A DNA stretch of 64,000 nt from Myxococcota bacterium (GTDB lineage Bacteria; Myxococcota_A; UBA9042; PHBI01; JAWLBL01). Where the stretch lies: assembly GCA_041687695.1 (NCBI GenBank), contig JAWLBL010000009.1:43634-107633 (forward strand), written 5' to 3'. The notes under the pieces were generated by a model. It was given only the letters and a program-made list of their open reading frames with translations. It made no database searches and was not told the DNA's origin. The position numbers and the translations under genes are program-made. This document shows, in pieces, positions 61,682 to 64,000 of this stretch; the first letter of the stretch is position 1; every line of letters starts with the position of its first letter.

Positions 61682-63391
61682 ATGTCGCTCGTTCGCGTCA
61701 CGGCCGTGGTCCTCGCGCTCCCCCTGGCGTTGTCGCTGGGCGTGGCCACGCCCGCCCTGGGCCAGCCCACGCCGCCCCCCGACACGGCCCCATCGGCCAC
61801 GCGCCTGCCGCCGGCGCCCACGCGCGCCGAGGCCAAGCGGCTGCTCGCCTCGCCCAAAGGCTCGACCAGCCTCGGCGGCACCAGCGGCGGCAAGCTGCTC
61901 GCGGGCGTCGAGATCCCGCTGAAGGGGAAGGGCTGGGCGTTCTTCGAGCACATCGCCGAGCGCAAGACGAACTACGGCACCAAGGAACTGGCCGCGCTGC
62001 TCGAGCGGGTGGCCGCCCGGGTGGTCGACGCCTACCCCGGCTCGGTCATCGGCTGCGGCAACTTCAACTTCCAGGAGGGGGGCAAGATCCCCTGGAGCGT
62101 GTCGCACCAGGCCGGGCGCGACGCCGATCTCGGCATGTTCGCGGTCGACGCGCGCGGCAAGCCCGTGAACCTGCGCAACTTCGTCGCCTTCGGCCCCGAC
62201 GGGACCGCGCGCGCGCACGGCAAGACCGTCACCTTCGACGACGCGCGCAACCTGGCGCTCGTGCGTGCCCTGCTCGAAGACACCGAGGCGCCCGTCCAGT
62301 GGATCTTCGTCGCCGATTGGCTCAAGGGGCGCCTCGTCGAACGCGCCCGCCTGGACGGCGCCTCGCCCGAGCTCCTGCGCCGCCTCGACGAGACGCTCAA
62401 GCAGCCGAGCGACTCGAACCCGCACGCCGACCACTTCCACGTCCGCATCTACTGCTCGGTCGAAGATCGCCTGCACGGCTGCCTCAACTGGGGGCCCGTC
62501 CGCGACTGGGTCGACGCGGGCGACGCGGCCTTCCTGGCGCACGTCGAGGCGCTGGTCGGCGTCATGCGCATGGACGACGCGGCCCTGCGCCTGGCCGCGG
62601 TCGACAAGCTCACCACCCTGCGCGCCAAGGAGGCGCTCTTCCCGCTGGTCGGGGCGCTCGAGGATCCGAACGCCAAGGTGCGACGCGCCGCGCTGCGCGC
62701 CGTGCGCACCCTCGAGGACCCGGCCGCCATCCCGGGCCTGCTCGCCAGCCTCTCGAAGGCCACCGACCCCGCCTGGGCCGGCGCCCTCTTCGAGACGCTC
62801 TATCACCTCAACACCCCGTCGACCGTCGCCATCGCCCTCGGCCTGCTCGAGCGCCCCGAGGCCTACCTCAGCGAGTCGCTTCGAAAGCGCCCGCTCCACG
62901 ACCTCGAGCGCACGGCCGCCCGCATCTTCGGCCGCCTGGGACGCAAGGACGTCATCCCGGCGTTGCTCGGGCTGCTCGACTCGCCCGACGCCAAGGTGCG
63001 CCTCGCCGCCCACGACGCCCTCCGGCAGGCCACCAACCAGCCCATCGACGGCCCCATCGCCGGCAAGAGCGCCGCGCGCCGCCGCAAGGTCGTAGCCGCG
63101 TGGCGCAAGTTCTGGGAGGCGCACAAGGACGACAGCTGGCACCAGTGGATGCGGCTGGGCTTCGAGGCCCGCGGGCTGAGGTTCGACGGCAAGATGATGT
63201 CGTCCGGCTCGGTCCCCCTGCTCATCGACGCCATCGCCCACAAGGACACGGTGGCGGCCCGCAACGCCCTGCGCGTGCTCGGCGATCTGACCGGGCACCT
63301 GGTGGACTTCCGCTGGCGCACCCAACGCAACCACGTCCGCCACTGGAAGAGCTGGTGGGCCGAGAACAAGGCCCGGTTCGTCAAGCCGTGA
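61682..63391 (+). CDS. Penicillin-insensitive murein endopeptidase (MepA-like) fused to HEAT repeats
   Basis: Signal peptide; YGT.EL, SHQAGRDAD and HADHFHVR Zn-ligand motifs; C-terminal HEAT repeats. Confidence 0.85.
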   Translation: MSLVRVTAVVLALPLALSLGVATPALGQPTPPPDTAPSATRLPPAPTRAEAKRLLASPKGSTSLGGTSGGKLLAGVEIPLKGKGWAFFEHIAERKTNYGTKELAALLERVAARVVDAYPGSVIGCGNFNFQEGGKIPWSVSHQAGRDADLGMFAVDARGKPVNLRNFVAFGPDGTARAHGKTVTFDDARNLALVRALLEDTEAPVQWIFVADWLKGRLVERARLDGASPELLRRLDETLKQPSDSNPHADHFHVRIYCSVEDRLHGCLNWGPVRDWVDAGDAAFLAHVEALVGVMRMDDAALRLAAVDKLTTLRAKEALFPLVGALEDPNAKVRRAALRAVRTLEDPAAIPGLLASLSKATDPAWAGALFETLYHLNTPSTVAIALGLLERPEAYLSESLRKRPLHDLERTAARIFGRLGRKDVIPALLGLLDSPDAKVRLAAHDALRQATNQPIDGPIAGKSAARRRKVVAAWRKFWEAHKDDSWHQWMRLGFEARGLRFDGKMMSSGSVPLLIDAIAHKDTVAARNALRVLGDLTGHLVDFRWRTQRNHVRHWKSWWAENKARFVKP

Positions 63392-63996
63392 TCGCCCCGG
63401 CCCCCACCGCGGCCCCTCGCGTGCTCGTCACGGGGTTCGGATCCTTCCGCGACGTCACGGACAACCCCTCGGGCGGCGCGGCGCGGCTGCTGGACGGGCG
63501 CGTCGTCGCCGGCTTGCCCGTCGTCGGGCGCGAGCTGCGCGTGACCTACGCCGAGGTGGCCCGCGCGATCCCGGCCCTCGTCGCCGAGCTGCGTCCGGTG
63601 ATGGTCATCTCGACCGGCGTGGGCCGCGGTGACGCCGTCGCCATCGAGCGCGTCGCCCGCAACCGCGTCGGATCGGCCGAGGCCGACGTCGACGGCGTGG
63701 CCCCGTTCGGCCTGTCCCTGTCCGACGGCGCGCCGGACGAGCGCCGCTGCGCCTGGGACGCCGACGCCCTCGCGATGGCGCTCGACACGCCGGCCCAGCG
63801 CGTGGTCACTTCCCCCGACGCGGGCGGCTACGTCTGCAACGCGGCCTTCTGGCACCTCACCAGCTGCCTCCCCGCCGGCGCGCTCGGCGGCTTCGTCCAC
63901 CTGCCGCCCGCACGCGACGGGCGCACCGCGGACGGCTACGCGGCCGTGCTCGAGCGCCTCATCGCCCACCTCGCCCCACAGGTCCTGCCCCGTTGA
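63388..63996 (+). CDS. pcp: Pyroglutamyl-peptidase I (C15)
   Basis: VLVTGFGSF, NPS, IERVA.N, DAGGYVCN, FVHLP (Glu-Cys-His triad); GTGA overlap with the upstream gene. Confidence 0.88.
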   Translation: MIAPAPTAAPRVLVTGFGSFRDVTDNPSGGAARLLDGRVVAGLPVVGRELRVTYAEVARAIPALVAELRPVMVISTGVGRGDAVAIERVARNRVGSAEADVDGVAPFGLSLSDGAPDERRCAWDADALAMALDTPAQRVVTSPDAGGYVCNAAFWHLTSCLPAGALGGFVHLPPARDGRTADGYAAVLERLIAHLAPQVLPR

Positions 63997-64000
63997 ACTC

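Overview
High-GC (visibly >70%) bacterial chromosomal window with strong Myxococcota/deltaproteobacterial hallmarks: an FrzS-like pseudo-receiver/coiled-coil protein, Cys-rich myxococcal-type lipoproteins, sigma-54 regulation and a TPR pseudokinase. About 50 real CDSs can be separated from the many antisense shadow ORFs. Many are housekeeping (recD2, rnb, coaX, birA, nadC, phoH, pfkA, xseA, coaD, rsmD, lon, eno, pyk), alongside tRNA-Leu(UAA) and a cobalamin riboswitch. The most notable unexplained signals are: (1) an unannotated ~135-nt sigma-54-driven small RNA at 35586-35721 (minus strand) with Pxr-like architecture and candidate enhancer sites; (2) a hypothetical protein with two tandem Hfq/Sm-like domains and an RG-rich tail (29085-30143); (3) a phased 41/42-bp tandem array of GGTTCGAACC palindromes directly downstream of a coupled RecD2-RNase II-XPB-DUF790(Bax1-like) operon; (4) a B12-riboswitch-controlled three-lipoprotein operon with no transporter; (5) an acyl-CoA-dehydrogenase-like flavoprotein lacking the catalytic Glu, coupled to a histidine kinase; (6) a 164-bp MITE, REP-like clusters and a TGACGC-palindrome cluster between convergent genes. 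All family assignments come from motif recognition by eye; no database searches were run.
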